A DNA stretch of 64,000 bases from Felis catus (lineage: Eukaryota), in assembly GCF_018350175.1 (NCBI RefSeq), contig NC_058368.1:142850001-142914000 (forward strand), in the 5' to 3' direction. Below, one piece after another: positions 62,841 through 64,000 of the stretch. A program made the position numbers and the translations under genes. Within the stretch, counting starts at the first letter, position 1; each line of letters opens with the position of its first letter. The notes under the pieces were generated by a model that saw nothing but the letters and a program-made list of their open reading frames with translations, had not been told where the DNA came from and ran no database searches.

Positions 62841-62973
62841 GGCATCCTAGAACGTTTAAATGCTGGAGAAGTTGTGATTGGAGATGGAGGGTTTGTCTTT
62901 GCACTGGAGAAGAGGGGCTATGTGAAGGCAGGCCCCTGGACCCCAGAAGCCGCAGTGGAACACCCAGAGGCAG
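62841..62973 (+). CDS. BHMT: BHMT exon 2 (gene continues past the right window edge)
   Basis: ttttag acceptor, GTTGGT donor, 133 nt. Encodes [44 protein letters not shown]. Confidence 0.97.
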
Positions 62974-63864
62974 GTTGGTGCATATAGCTCTCTTCTAGGT
63001 TCTCATAAAAGAATGCGACATCGACCAGTGTAGGAGCATGCCATCAAACACAGACATTCGTGGCACATTGTCCAACATTCATTATTGCCTGCTGGGCACT
63101 GTGCTAGGCATGTAAGTACAGAGTCACAGGTTGGATGATCACAACGGCCCTTCCTGTGGCTGTCACCTGTGTTTGCCTCTTGGTTCCTGCCCCTCGCTCT
63201 AGGTGAGTGTAGAACCTGGCTCACTGCTTTCCTCTCTGCCCTTCCCTCCCTCACCACTTGCAGTGACTTCAGTGCCCATGCAGATGATCTGTCCAGAACT
63301 CTTCCTGTTAGTGCCTTGATCTCATCTCCAGTTGAATGTTTCCTCCACCTTCCACCTCAGCAATGCACTCCTAGACCTTGCCATCACCCCTAGCTGTCTA
63401 CTTTGGAAATCTCAATTACGAGGGCCCCATTTTCTAACCACCACCTTCTTTCTGTCTTTCCTGCCGACTCTAATTCTCCCACTCCTCAGCCTCACCAAGA
63501 TTCTCAGTCCTTCATCCCTTCCATGTTAGCATTTATTATCTATTCTGTCCCCACGTGTTCATCCCCCCTCCTTACCCACTTTAAGTTCCATGGCACAGCA
63601 TCACTCACTGTCTGGTAGATAAGCCCTCCTCCATTGTACATTTGCCAACTAGTTAAATGCATTATATACTAGCCCCATCCTATTTAAGTTCAACTATCTA
63701 CCTGCCCTGCACCCATACCCATGTACCTTATTCTCACTTTACTCTTTTGACCACAGATCTCTTACAGGGAGATGCAAAGAGGGGAGGTGAGATGGAACAT
63801 GAGGGAGATAATGCTGTCTTACAAGGCTTCTGCATCAACCTAAAGCAAGGAGGAAGCATTCATT

Positions 63865-63917
63865 TATTTTTTTTTTTAATGTGTATTTATTTATTTTGAG
63901 AGAGAGAGCAGGGGAGG

Positions 63918-63969
<52 letters not shown>

Positions 63970-64000
63970 ATCCCAAGCAGGCTCCACACTGTCAGCACAC
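63865..64000 (-). mobile_element. CanSINE with long (GA)n, cut by the window edge
   Basis: T-rich tail, (GA)n, then gaatcccaagcaggctccacactgtcagcac. Confidence 0.85.

Noticed and set aside
62841..62973. Possible duplicated or pseudogenic copy of BHMT2 exon 2
   Set aside because: It has its own promoter and exon 1 and BHMT-type residues ([14 protein letters not shown]), so it is the paralog BHMT.

Overview
This is mammalian genomic DNA, almost certainly from a felid, judging by the dense cat-type CanSINE (SINEC_Fc-like) copies and carnivore L1 3' ends. The window covers the DMGDH-BHMT2-BHMT betaine/one-carbon gene cluster. DMGDH exons 1-5 lie on the - strand and the gene continues beyond base 1. 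BHMT2 is complete on the + strand (8 exons, 1092-nt CDS, 363 aa), and its start codon sits head-to-head with DMGDH's across only 165 bp of CpG island. BHMT exons 1-2 lie on the + strand behind a TATA/CpG-island promoter, and the gene continues beyond base 64000. All exon boundaries were read from the sequence, are GT-AG, and keep frame. The rest is intron or intergenic DNA packed with SINEs, L1 fragments, solo LTRs, MIR/L2 and microsatellites. I found no evidence of a wholly new biological system. The most interesting unexplained signals are: (1) a candidate alternative BHMT first exon ending in GCCATG|GTAAGT that splices in frame to exon 2; (2) a young SINE carrying an apparent 3' transduction; (3) a tiny L1 inserted at the DMGDH exon 2 donor carrying a sense poly(A) signal; (4) a cluster of four solo LTRs; (5) an L1-in-L1 inverted nest; and (6) a CTCF-like site upstream of BHMT. 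Repeat boundaries are approximate unless TSDs are given. Repeat family names and comparisons with human proteins are from memory, not from a search.
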